From Synergistaceae bacterium (GTDB taxonomy: Bacteria > Synergistota > Synergistia > Synergistales > Synergistaceae): DNA of 25,795 nt. Positions 9,283 to 17,441 of this stretch are shown here, piece by piece. The stretch covers positions 1-25,795 of the forward strand of contig JAVBRL010000186.1 of assembly GCA_031547985.1 (NCBI GenBank), given 5' to 3'. Positions within the stretch are counted from its first letter, which is position 1, and every line of letters starts with the position of its first letter. The notes beneath the pieces are model-generated. The model did not search any database. It had not been told where the DNA came from and saw only the letters and a list, made by a program, of their open reading frames with translations. A program made the position numbers and the translations under genes.

Positions 9283-10155
9283 ATGTTGGTTCGAATGGTT
9301 CGAAAGTTTTGGCAGCTCGTTTGGGTCGTCGCGTGTTGTGGCGTGTTTTTTGCCGGCGCCGCGGCGGCGGATCCCATTGCGACGGTGGGCAGCGAGAAGA
9401 TCGACGAGGGGGAAGCCCTCTACATCCTGGGGATGAGTTCCGGTGGGCAGGAGTTCATGACGGCGATGGCGCTCGCGCAGATGAACCTCGACGCGCGGCG
9501 GCAGCTCGCCGAGCAGCTTGCCGAAGCCGTGCTGGTCGCGAACGCCGCCCGCATGCAGGGGATGCAGTTCGACCCCAAGCTCGCCAACGAGATCAAGTGG
9601 CAGGAGATCCAGGTGCTCTACAAGGCGTATCTGGGCAAGGTCAGCCAGGGTTGGGACATGAGCGACAAGGCGCTTAAAAACTACTACCACAAACATAAGG
9701 ATGAATTCATCAATGCACCGGCTGTGCGGGTGCGCCATATCCTCGTGGAAACGGAAGCCGAGGCCGGAAACGTCATGCTCGAGCTCGTCAAGGGCGAGGA
9801 GTTCGAGGTCGTGGCCGAGAAATACAGCAAGGATACGCAGTCGGCGGCCCAAAAGGGCGAGCTTGGCTGGGTCGAACGCGGGATGACCGTGAAGGATTTC
9901 GAGGAGGTCATCTTCTCCGCCCCCAAAAACACGCTTCAGGGCCCGGTGAAGACCGAGTACGGATGGCACTTGATCGAAGTGCTCGAAGAGCGCCCCGCGC
10001 GCCAGCTTCCGTTCGAGGAAGCGCGTGAGGAAGTCGCCTCGCGCTTGCAGATGCGCTACTTGCAGGACGAAATCGACCGCCTCAAGGCGCAGACGCCCAT
10101 CACGATCAACGACGCGCAGCTCGAGAAGCTGGGTGGCATCGAAGCCATGAAATAG
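9283..10155 (+). CDS. Exported PpiC/parvulin-type peptidyl-prolyl isomerase (PrsA/SurA-like)
   Basis: Signal peptide (AAAA-DP), VRVRHILV, AEKYSKD, GELGW, GPVKTEYGWHLI. ATG 9283 has SD GAGGGG; alternative GTG start at 9274. Confidence 0.88.
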   Translation: MLVRMVRKFWQLVWVVACCGVFFAGAAAADPIATVGSEKIDEGEALYILGMSSGGQEFMTAMALAQMNLDARRQLAEQLAEAVLVANAARMQGMQFDPKLANEIKWQEIQVLYKAYLGKVSQGWDMSDKALKNYYHKHKDEFINAPAVRVRHILVETEAEAGNVMLELVKGEEFEVVAEKYSKDTQSAAQKGELGWVERGMTVKDFEEVIFSAPKNTLQGPVKTEYGWHLIEVLEERPARQLPFEEAREEVASRLQMRYLQDEIDRLKAQTPITINDAQLEKLGGIEAMK

Positions 10156-10197
10156 CGCGAGGACGCGCTTGCCAGCTATTCATTAGTTTTAGCTGCT

Positions 10198-10234
10198 AAA
10201 AGCCCTCAAGGAGAAAATCCTTGGGGGCTTTTTT
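10198..10234. terminator. Bidirectional intrinsic terminator between convergent PPIase and hemW genes
   Basis: AAAAGCCCTCAAGGA-gaaaa-TCCTTGGGGGCTTTTTT: 15-bp stem with one G-U pair, A-run before and T-run after. Confidence 0.85.
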
Positions 10235-10265
10235 GATGTTTTTTTGCCGTTTTTTACGCCGACTT

Positions 10266-11408
10266 CTATAGAAGTTCCTGCCAAATGCGGTTGGCAACGC
10301 GCATGCCTTTGGGCGTCAGGTGCAACCGTTCGCTCGTTTCGGCGACAAAATCGGGGACGAAGGGGCGAAGGCGTGCGACGAGCGCGGCGGTCGCCTCGAC
10401 GCCGTATGTTTTTTGAAACGCTTGCGTGTCGATACCGTCGCGCGTTCGAAGCGCCAGAATTGCCGCGTGCCACGCGCGGCCGGTCGCATCGAACGCGCTC
10501 AGATCCTCGGCCACGGTAAAAAACGGTTTTCCTTCTTCTAAATTCTTCGCGTAGAGGGCGATGTCCGGTTCGTTAACGGTCCGATACGGATCCGCGAAGC
10601 TCCACGCTCCGGGGCCGAGCCCCAGATAGTCGCCCGATCGCCAGTAGTTGAGGTTGTGGCGGCTTTCGAAGCCGCTTTGCGCGAAGCTCGCGATCTCGTA
10701 CTGGCAAAAACCTTTGCGCGGCAACAACCATTGTGCCATGCGGTACTGCGCGTACCCTTCGGCTGGCGGGAAGTTCTGATTCGCGAACGAAGTGCCCGGT
10801 TCGATCGAAAGCTGGTAGAGCGACAGGTGCGTCGTGCCGTACGCGAGGCATTCGCGGATCGAGTGGGCGAACGTCCGCACGTCTTCGGACCCCGGCAGGG
10901 CGAAGATCAGGTCGGCGCTCGTGCGAAAGCCGGCCGCAGCGCACGCGCTCAGTGCATCGCGCGCTTCGCGCGCGCTGTGGATGCGCCCCAAAAAGCGCAA
11001 CTCCGCGTCGTCGAGGCTCTGCACGCCGACGCTCACGCGCGTGACGCGCCACGCGCGCCAGAGCTTCAGGTGAAAAGCCGCGAGCGAGCCGGGGTTTGCC
11101 TCCACGGTCACCTCCGCATCGGCCTCGAAGGAAAAATTTTTTTCCAGCGTGTCGATTAACCGTCCCCATTCGCGCTCGCCGAGCAGCGACGGTGTGCCGC
11201 CGCCGATGTAAAGCGTTTTGAGCGGAACGCGTTCGCGATGGCGCGCGCTCCAGTAGGCGCACTCCAGTGCGAGCGCAGCAAGGTAACGCTCCACGTCGCC
11301 CGCGCCCGGGACGCGGCTGGCGAAGGCGCAGTACGGACACTTGCGCGCGCAAAACGGAACGTGCAGGTAAACGGAGGCGGGCTGTGCGATTTTTTGCATT
11401 TTTTCCAT
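10266..11408 (-). CDS. hemW: Radical SAM heme chaperone HemW (HemN-like)
   Basis: YLHVPFCARKCPYCAF (CxxxCxxC), LYIGGGTPS, EVTVEANP, RVSVGVQS, YEIASF, HNLNYW. Start uncertain (11399, 11408 or 11420). Confidence 0.9.
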   Translation of the reverse strand: MEKMQKIAQPASVYLHVPFCARKCPYCAFASRVPGAGDVERYLAALALECAYWSARHRERVPLKTLYIGGGTPSLLGEREWGRLIDTLEKNFSFEADAEVTVEANPGSLAAFHLKLWRAWRVTRVSVGVQSLDDAELRFLGRIHSAREARDALSACAAAGFRTSADLIFALPGSEDVRTFAHSIRECLAYGTTHLSLYQLSIEPGTSFANQNFPPAEGYAQYRMAQWLLPRKGFCQYEIASFAQSGFESRHNLNYWRSGDYLGLGPGAWSFADPYRTVNEPDIALYAKNLEEGKPFFTVAEDLSAFDATGRAWHAAILALRTRDGIDTQAFQKTYGVEATAALVARLRPFVPDFVAETSERLHLTPKGMRVANRIWQELL

Positions 11409-11511
11409 CTCGAAGCTCATTATATCGCGGTGGCGCGGTGAAAACTTGACCGGTTGGATGACGGGTGTTAATTTCAAATTGTCCGACAATCGAATTTCGG
11501 AGGGTGCGCGC

Positions 11512-13422
11512 GTGGGCGAAGGGCCGCAGATGAAGCAGGCAAAACAGGCGAAACCGCCAGAAAAGCAAAAAAAATCGGTCGGTGAAACCGCGGCGGCCGT
11601 TTATCGGTTTACGGCCACCGACGAAGCGCCGGAAGAGGGCTTTCGTCGCTTGTGCCGCGAGATCGGAAAAATCGACGCGCGCGCCGGGGCGCGCCTGCTC
11701 GCAATCGGTTTGCCGGATGCGCTGACGATCGAGGAAGCTTGCGACGTGCTGCGCGTAATCGAGTGCGAACGCGAGACGTGGCTCGTGATCGACGATTTTT
11801 GGCTTTTAGGCGCATCGCTGCCGCCCGCTTTTGGGGCCGCGCTGCTCGCATGCGGCGGCGCGAAACTGCACGTCGTCGTCGCGACGCAGGCGTTAGATCG
11901 CGACGCCCTGGCGGCGATGGCGGGGCGGGGCGAGGGCGACGTCGCCGAGGCGCTCGCTTTTCACATGCGGACGCAAGATTATGAACGCGTGCTCTCGCTC
12001 GACCTTTCACGCGTCCTTTTTGAAGCAATCGGCGGGACGCCTTTTTTCGAGATCGCGCTGACGATCACGAAGCGCTGCCCGGTGGAAATCAGGCGCGCGC
12101 ATCCCCTCTCGATGCTGCGTGTCGCCTGGGCGCTCAAAGCGGCGGGCAAAGCGGACCAAGAAGAGATGTTCGGCAATCTGATGGAGGAGCTGGACGGGCA
12201 ATTGGAGGCGAGCGGCCCACTGCGGGCGGAGTGGCTGCTGCTTGCGGCCTATCGGCACTTCCCTCGCCTGGACGAAATGATCCCCCTCTTGCAACGCGCC
12301 GAGCCGATGTTCGAGGGGGCCTGCTCGCGGGTGATCCTGCCCGAGGCGCCGTGGGCGTTCGGCGGTTATTTTCAGTTGACGGAGTTCCACTTGAAAGTGG
12401 GCGAGGCCGACCGCGAGGCCGATAGCTTCGAAGCGTTCATCGATTGTTATTCCCGCCTGACGAACGGACACGGCTGCGGCGCCGACGCGCTTTTTCGCGC
12501 CGAGCTCGCCAATTTGCGGGGCGATATGGCGAACGCGGAAATTTTCGCCCACAAGGGGGCGTTTGCGGCCGAAGGCAAGCGGCAGAGCATCGTTCAGCTC
12601 GGCGCCGCCATGATCCTGGCCAATATCGCGCTTTGGAGGACGGATACCGCGGGGTGGCAGCGCGCGATCGACCTGATGGAACGTGTCGCTTCCGGCGCGG
12701 ACCGTGATACGCCGCTTGTCCGCTCGGTGCTGGACACGGTGCGCGGATCGCTTTTGGTCGAACTGGGCGCGCAGACGCGCATCGCCGATTGGCTGAAAAA
12801 CAGGGATTTTCCCCCCGGCATGCTGGCCCCGATGATTTTGAACGCGCTCTATGTGCACGGGGTCTTTTTGCTGCACGAGGAAAACTTCGCGCAATTTGTC
12901 GGCATGTTGGAGGCTTCGGTGCGGGAGGTCGAAGGCAAGTCGGCTTACGGCGAATTCGGCCTGCCGATGCTCCTGGCCGTCGGATACGCCTCGATGGGCG
13001 AGCGAGATCGCGCCGCCGAGTTTTTCGACCTCGCCGCCGAAAAGGGGTTGCCGGACGGTTTCGTGATGCATTTCGCGGGCTATTCCCGCCTGTTCCCGGA
13101 ACTGATCGGAGATCTGATCGAAAAAAAAGGAAAAAAGTATCCCTGGCTGGCGGGTCGGTTCGGCGCGGTCAAAGCGCAGCTCGACGTGGGCTGGAAAACG
13201 CTGCACGACGCCGTGTCGAAAGGCGATCTGCCCGACGCCCTGACCGTGCGCGAGCGCGAAATCGCGCGCCTGGCGGCCGGCGGGCTGCGAAACGGCGAGA
13301 TCGCGAAGCTGCTTTGCGTGACGGAAAACACGGTGCGTGCCCACCTGCGCACGATCTTTCAAAAACTCGACATCGACCGCCGCGCGAAACTCGCCGCAAG
13401 ACTGAACGAAAAACTGCCATAA
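11512..13422 (+). CDS. MalT/LAL-like LuxR-family transcriptional regulator, apparently lacking most of the ATPase domain
   Basis: C-terminal LuxR HTH (LTVREREIARLAAGGLRNGEIAKLLCVTENTVRAHLRTIFQKLDI), long helical sensor-like region and a Walker-B-like WLVIDDF, but no Walker A. GTG 11512 has SD GGAGGG; ATG 11530 is an alternative start. Confidence 0.75.
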   Translation: MGEGPQMKQAKQAKPPEKQKKSVGETAAAVYRFTATDEAPEEGFRRLCREIGKIDARAGARLLAIGLPDALTIEEACDVLRVIECERETWLVIDDFWLLGASLPPAFGAALLACGGAKLHVVVATQALDRDALAAMAGRGEGDVAEALAFHMRTQDYERVLSLDLSRVLFEAIGGTPFFEIALTITKRCPVEIRRAHPLSMLRVAWALKAAGKADQEEMFGNLMEELDGQLEASGPLRAEWLLLAAYRHFPRLDEMIPLLQRAEPMFEGACSRVILPEAPWAFGGYFQLTEFHLKVGEADREADSFEAFIDCYSRLTNGHGCGADALFRAELANLRGDMANAEIFAHKGAFAAEGKRQSIVQLGAAMILANIALWRTDTAGWQRAIDLMERVASGADRDTPLVRSVLDTVRGSLLVELGAQTRIADWLKNRDFPPGMLAPMILNALYVHGVFLLHEENFAQFVGMLEASVREVEGKSAYGEFGLPMLLAVGYASMGERDRAAEFFDLAAEKGLPDGFVMHFAGYSRLFPELIGDLIEKKGKKYPWLAGRFGAVKAQLDVGWKTLHDAVSKGDLPDALTVREREIARLAAGGLRNGEIAKLLCVTENTVRAHLRTIFQKLDIDRRAKLAARLNEKLP

Positions 13423-13430
13423 ATAAAATA

Positions 13431-13442
13431 GTCCATGTGGAC
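13431..13442. promoter_or_regulatory. Palindrome, candidate binding site of the adjacent LuxR regulator
   Basis: GTCCA-TG-TGGAC, 8 nt after the regulator stop and 65 nt before the SDR start. Confidence 0.4.
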
Positions 13443-13507
13443 GACGCACGACGCGGGACTTGCCTCTATTCTATTTTCATACGTTATTTATAGAGGGAGG
13501 AATATGC

Positions 13508-14305
13508 ATGCGTGATGCTTTTAAAGACAAAGTATGTATCGTGACGGGCGCGGCTTCGGGCATCGGTTTGCAGCTCGCCAAGGACCTGGCGGCGGCCGGG
13601 GCGGTCGTTTTCATGGCCGACGTCGATGCGGGGCGTCTGGCGGATGCGCGTAAGGAGATCGCCGCCGGCGACGTCCACACGGTCGTCACCGACGTGACGG
13701 ATGCCGAGCAGGTGCGCGCGTTGATCGAGCGCGCGGCTGGGCACAACGGACGGCTGGATATTCTGTTCAACAACGCCGGCGTGGGGGCGACGTGCCCCTG
13801 GGAGACGATCACGCTCGACATGTGGCGCTTCGTGCTGAACATCAATTTGTGGGGCGTGATCCACGGGCTGCACTTCGCCGTTCCCCTCATGCGCAAACAG
13901 GGCGGCGGGCAGATCGTGAACACATCTTCCGTTGGCGGATTGCTCGACATTCCCTACCAAGCGGTCTACTGCGCCACAAAGGCGGCGGTCGCCTCCATCG
14001 GCGAGTGCCTGCGCTACGAGCTGGCCGACGAGAACATTCATGTCACGACGATTTACCCCGGTAATGTGGCCACGCCTATTTTTGCGGGCGTGGGCTCCGT
14101 GCCCGATGACGCCGTATCGGTCGCGGACGCTGCGAAAATCATTCTGGACGCCGTCGCGCGCAAAGAAACTGCCGTGGTTTTTCCCGAAGTGAGCCGCGTG
14201 TGGGCCGAGCGGGTGCGGTGCGATCCAGAATACCGGGAGGCGGCAATGCTGGCAATGGCGCGGGAGAGGCGTCATAATTACCAAACCAAAGGAACCTATT
14301 TTTAA
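13508..14305 (+). CDS. Classical short-chain dehydrogenase/reductase (SDR)
   Basis: TGAASGIG, NNAG, NTSS, YCATK (YxxxK), IYPG. SD GAGGGAGG. Confidence 0.93.
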   Translation: MRDAFKDKVCIVTGAASGIGLQLAKDLAAAGAVVFMADVDAGRLADARKEIAAGDVHTVVTDVTDAEQVRALIERAAGHNGRLDILFNNAGVGATCPWETITLDMWRFVLNINLWGVIHGLHFAVPLMRKQGGGQIVNTSSVGGLLDIPYQAVYCATKAAVASIGECLRYELADENIHVTTIYPGNVATPIFAGVGSVPDDAVSVADAAKIILDAVARKETAVVFPEVSRVWAERVRCDPEYREAAMLAMARERRHNYQTKGTYF

Positions 14306-14333
14306 TTTTTAAAATTTTTAAGCTTGCAAGGGA

Positions 14334-15401
14334 GTGGTGAAAGCGCGAAAGGTCGGTCTGCCGTACGTCGATAACGCCCGAGCCGTTTTGATCACGCTGG
14401 CGATCAATCTGGGGTTCGTCGCCCTTTTGCACCGGCAGGGCGTCGCCTATCGCGACGTGCTGTGGGATTCGTTCTTTTGCGCGCTCGTCACGACGGCGGT
14501 CGACCTGGGGATCGTCTACGCGAGCTTGAAAAAAATGCGGGCTGCCGGAGAAATGCCCGCGCAGGTGCCCGAAAGCGCCTTCGTACAAAAGCTGCCGCAA
14601 AACCCCTTCGCGCTGGGTGCGGTCACCGCGCTCGGCTTCGGGGCGCTCGCGGTCGGTGCCAATGCGGCCATTTTGTATTTCTTCGGTCTGCAGGAGATGA
14701 CCTTCGTGCCATGGATGGCCTATAAGCTCATCTACGCCACGGTGCTGAGCGTCAAGATCACCGAGTGGTGCATCTTTCGCTACGTGCAGCCGGACTGGGC
14801 GCACGCGAAACGAGCGAATGGCGAAGCCGGGCAAGGCGGACAAATTTGTTCGCCGGAACGGGTCAAGGACCCCTTGCCGAGGATCGGCCTGTTCAAAGAA
14901 CTCTACGGCAGCGTCACCGGCAACATCGCGATGAATATCCTCATCGGCAGCGCCTTGGGCGGCGTGCGGGTGGGCGAGGGCGCGTCGGTCGTGATCGCGC
15001 CGACCACGGTGGAGGGCATCCCCATCACCGGCCTCGTCTTCGGGCTGATCGTCGGCGTGCTCGTCACGAGTGGCGTCGTGCGGGAGATGGACGCGGGCAT
15101 CGCGGCGTCGAACCCCGCGGTGCCGGACGACGCGGTCGCGGATCGTCGTTTCGCCTGGATGCCCATGGGGCGAGCCGCGCTCACGAGCCTCGTCTGCGCC
15201 TGCGTGATGGTTTTTTCGTTTCTGGCGCTGCCCGCGCTCATGAAACTTTTCGGCCTCTCGGTCATGAACTTTTATCAATTCACCGTCTTCATTACGGTCT
15301 ACGCAACCCTGATCGGCAAACCGCTCGCCGCCGTGCTGATACGGCGCTGCATGCAGCCGGATTATGTCCGCTATGTCCTGAAAAAACGAAAGTCGAGGTG
15401 A
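14334..15401 (+). CDS. Hypothetical polytopic membrane protein with a two-fold internal repeat
   Basis: About 8 hydrophobic segments. Both halves end in FGLxxMxF...YAT...IxRxxQPD. Start uncertain (GTG 14334 or 14337). Confidence 0.8.
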   Translation: MVKARKVGLPYVDNARAVLITLAINLGFVALLHRQGVAYRDVLWDSFFCALVTTAVDLGIVYASLKKMRAAGEMPAQVPESAFVQKLPQNPFALGAVTALGFGALAVGANAAILYFFGLQEMTFVPWMAYKLIYATVLSVKITEWCIFRYVQPDWAHAKRANGEAGQGGQICSPERVKDPLPRIGLFKELYGSVTGNIAMNILIGSALGGVRVGEGASVVIAPTTVEGIPITGLVFGLIVGVLVTSGVVREMDAGIAASNPAVPDDAVADRRFAWMPMGRAALTSLVCACVMVFSFLALPALMKLFGLSVMNFYQFTVFITVYATLIGKPLAAVLIRRCMQPDYVRYVLKKRKSR

Positions 15402-15408
15402 AGGATGC

Positions 15409-16164
15409 ATGAAGGACCCTTTCGAAGAAAAATTCGGCCCGGTTGTGGGGCACGGTTCGCAGGCGACCGTTTACGCCAAAGGTGACTTCGCCGTCAAGCT
15501 GTATCGCGAGGGCTACCCGAAGGCGAACGTCTTCGCCGAGGCGTTCATCATGGCGAATCTGGAGGGGGTGCGTTTTCCTTCTCCGAGGATCCACGAGGTG
15601 CTGCTGACGAATGGGCGTTACGGTCTGCGCATGGACCGCGTGCGAGGGAGAACTCTCTCGGAGGAGCTGCACGATCCCGCGCGGCGTGAGGCGGCGATGG
15701 ACCGGCTGGTGGAGCTTCAGTGCGACGTACAGAAAAATAACGACCTACCGTGGGCGGCCGGCATCAAGGCGCGTTTTCGCGGCGACCTTCTCGGCAACGA
15801 GCGCCTTTCCGGCGATCTGAGAAAAAAACTGCTGGAGAAGCTCGATGCGTTGCCGGACGGCACGGCGCTCTGCCACTGCGATTTTCACGTCTACAACGTC
15901 TTTTTCGACGGCGAAGACGCCACGATCATCGACCTGCTGCAGATCAGCCGCGGAGAGGAGGCGGCCGACGCCGCCTGCTCGTACGTGGCGTATTGTCTGG
16001 AAGATCAGGAGCTAGGCGACTTGTATCTGGCTCGCTATTGCGAAAAATCCAAAATTCCCGCAAAAAATGTGAAACGGTGGCTCGAGGTGTACGCCGCAAC
16101 GCTGCTGGGGCAGGTGCCAGAGACGTTCACGGCGATGTTGGAGCGTTTGATCGCAATGGGGTAG
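15409..16164 (+). CDS. Aminoglycoside phosphotransferase/choline kinase-like phosphotransferase
   Basis: GHGSQATVY loop, AVK lysine, HCDFHVYN (HxDxxxxN) and IIDL. SD GAGGTG overlaps the upstream stop. Confidence 0.85.
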   Translation: MKDPFEEKFGPVVGHGSQATVYAKGDFAVKLYREGYPKANVFAEAFIMANLEGVRFPSPRIHEVLLTNGRYGLRMDRVRGRTLSEELHDPARREAAMDRLVELQCDVQKNNDLPWAAGIKARFRGDLLGNERLSGDLRKKLLEKLDALPDGTALCHCDFHVYNVFFDGEDATIIDLLQISRGEEAADAACSYVAYCLEDQELGDLYLARYCEKSKIPAKNVKRWLEVYAATLLGQVPETFTAMLERLIAMG

Positions 16165-16196
16165 AGGCGAACTGCGTTCGCTTGTGTTTCGCTGTT

Positions 16197-16228
16197 CGGG
16201 TCCGCCATTCCCGGCGGGCCCGTTTTTT
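16197..16228 (+). terminator. Intrinsic terminator of the SDR-membrane protein-kinase operon
   Basis: CGGGTCCGCC-attccc-GGCGGGCCCG-TTTTTT (10-bp stem with one G-U pair). Confidence 0.85.
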
Positions 16229-16445
16229 GTCCTTGGGTGGCCTGAAAATTTTTTCCTCAAAATACTCCACCTCGAACCCGAGTATTGTCTACTCCCCGGA
16301 GAGAAACGTTCCATAAAATGAAATCGTTAAAATCCATCCGAAAGGGGGAATCGGTTCTCGAGGGGCTGAGAGCTTTCTCCGTGCGGGGTTTTATGAAATT
16401 TATGAAAATCATCCGGATAAAAATTTCGAAAGGAGCGATCGATTC

Positions 16446-17417
16446 ATGAAACGAAAATTAATCGCCAGTATCTCCATCGTCGTCTTGATCTTGTCGCTGG
16501 CGGCGTGCGCGTCGTCGGCCGTTCACCTGCGCTTCGCGACCGCCTCGGCGGGCGGGCTGTGGTACGTTTTGGGCGGCGCCATGGCCGACCTGTTCAATAA
16601 GGCGGGGATGCAGACATCGGTCACGTCCGGCGGCACGATCCCTAACATCGCGAACACGCAGTCGGGCAAGACGGAGATCGCGCTCACGATCATCTTCCCC
16701 GGCATGCTCAAGAACACGGACGGCCTCAAGGGCAAAACGTTCGACAACGTGGCGCTCGTCGGCAACATGTACCCGCAGTACCTCTACTTCGTGATCCGCA
16801 AGGACTACGCGAAAAAGCACGATATCAAAGGCATCGGCGACCTGTTCTCGAAGAACCTGCCGTTTCGCTACGCGACGCTCGCGCGCGGCAACGTGACGGA
16901 ATACCTCGTGCGCCAGGTCTTCGACGTTTACAACACGTCCGTCGACGACCTGCTCAAAAAAGGCGGCAAGGTCGAGTACGGTTCGTACGAGCAGGGCGCG
17001 GACCTGATCGTCGACAACCACGTCGACCTGTACATCGTCTCCTCGGGCCTGCCCTTGAGCTCCATCCTGAACATCGAGACGCGCATCGACATCGAGATCC
17101 TGCCGATGGACGACGCGACGATGAAGGCGCTCCAGTCGCGTTACGGCGCGCAGTCGCGCATCATCCCCAAAGGCAGCTACAAGTGCGTCACGAAGGACAT
17201 CCCCGTGTTGGGCGCGTGGACGTCGCTCATCTGTAAGAAGGACATGGCCGCCGACGACGTTTACACGATGACGAAGCTGATCTTCGAAAATCGTGCGTCG
17301 CTCGAAAACGCCGTCGCGGCGATCAAGGCTCTGACGCTCGAAATGGCCTCCACGCAGATGGAGTTCCCGATCCACCCGGGAGCGCAGCGCTACTACAGCG
17401 AAAAGATGAAAAAGTAG
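16446..17417 (+). CDS. TAXI family TRAP transporter solute-binding subunit
   Basis: Signal peptide, FATASAGGLWYVLGGAMA, TSGGTIPNI, MYPQYLYFV, PIHPGAQRYY. SD AAAGGAG. Confidence 0.92.
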   Translation: MKRKLIASISIVVLILSLAACASSAVHLRFATASAGGLWYVLGGAMADLFNKAGMQTSVTSGGTIPNIANTQSGKTEIALTIIFPGMLKNTDGLKGKTFDNVALVGNMYPQYLYFVIRKDYAKKHDIKGIGDLFSKNLPFRYATLARGNVTEYLVRQVFDVYNTSVDDLLKKGGKVEYGSYEQGADLIVDNHVDLYIVSSGLPLSSILNIETRIDIEILPMDDATMKALQSRYGAQSRIIPKGSYKCVTKDIPVLGAWTSLICKKDMAADDVYTMTKLIFENRASLENAVAAIKALTLEMASTQMEFPIHPGAQRYYSEKMKK

Positions 17418-17441
17418 CGGCGAGAGAGGACTTGTGAGGCG

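Noticed and set aside
13120-13137. A8-GG-A6 run in the LuxR gene (also A8 at 11567-11574 and G7 at 19462-19468) as phase-variation tracts
   Set aside because: Short, currently in frame, and Lys-codon A-runs are common throughout the window. No evidence of length variation without reads.
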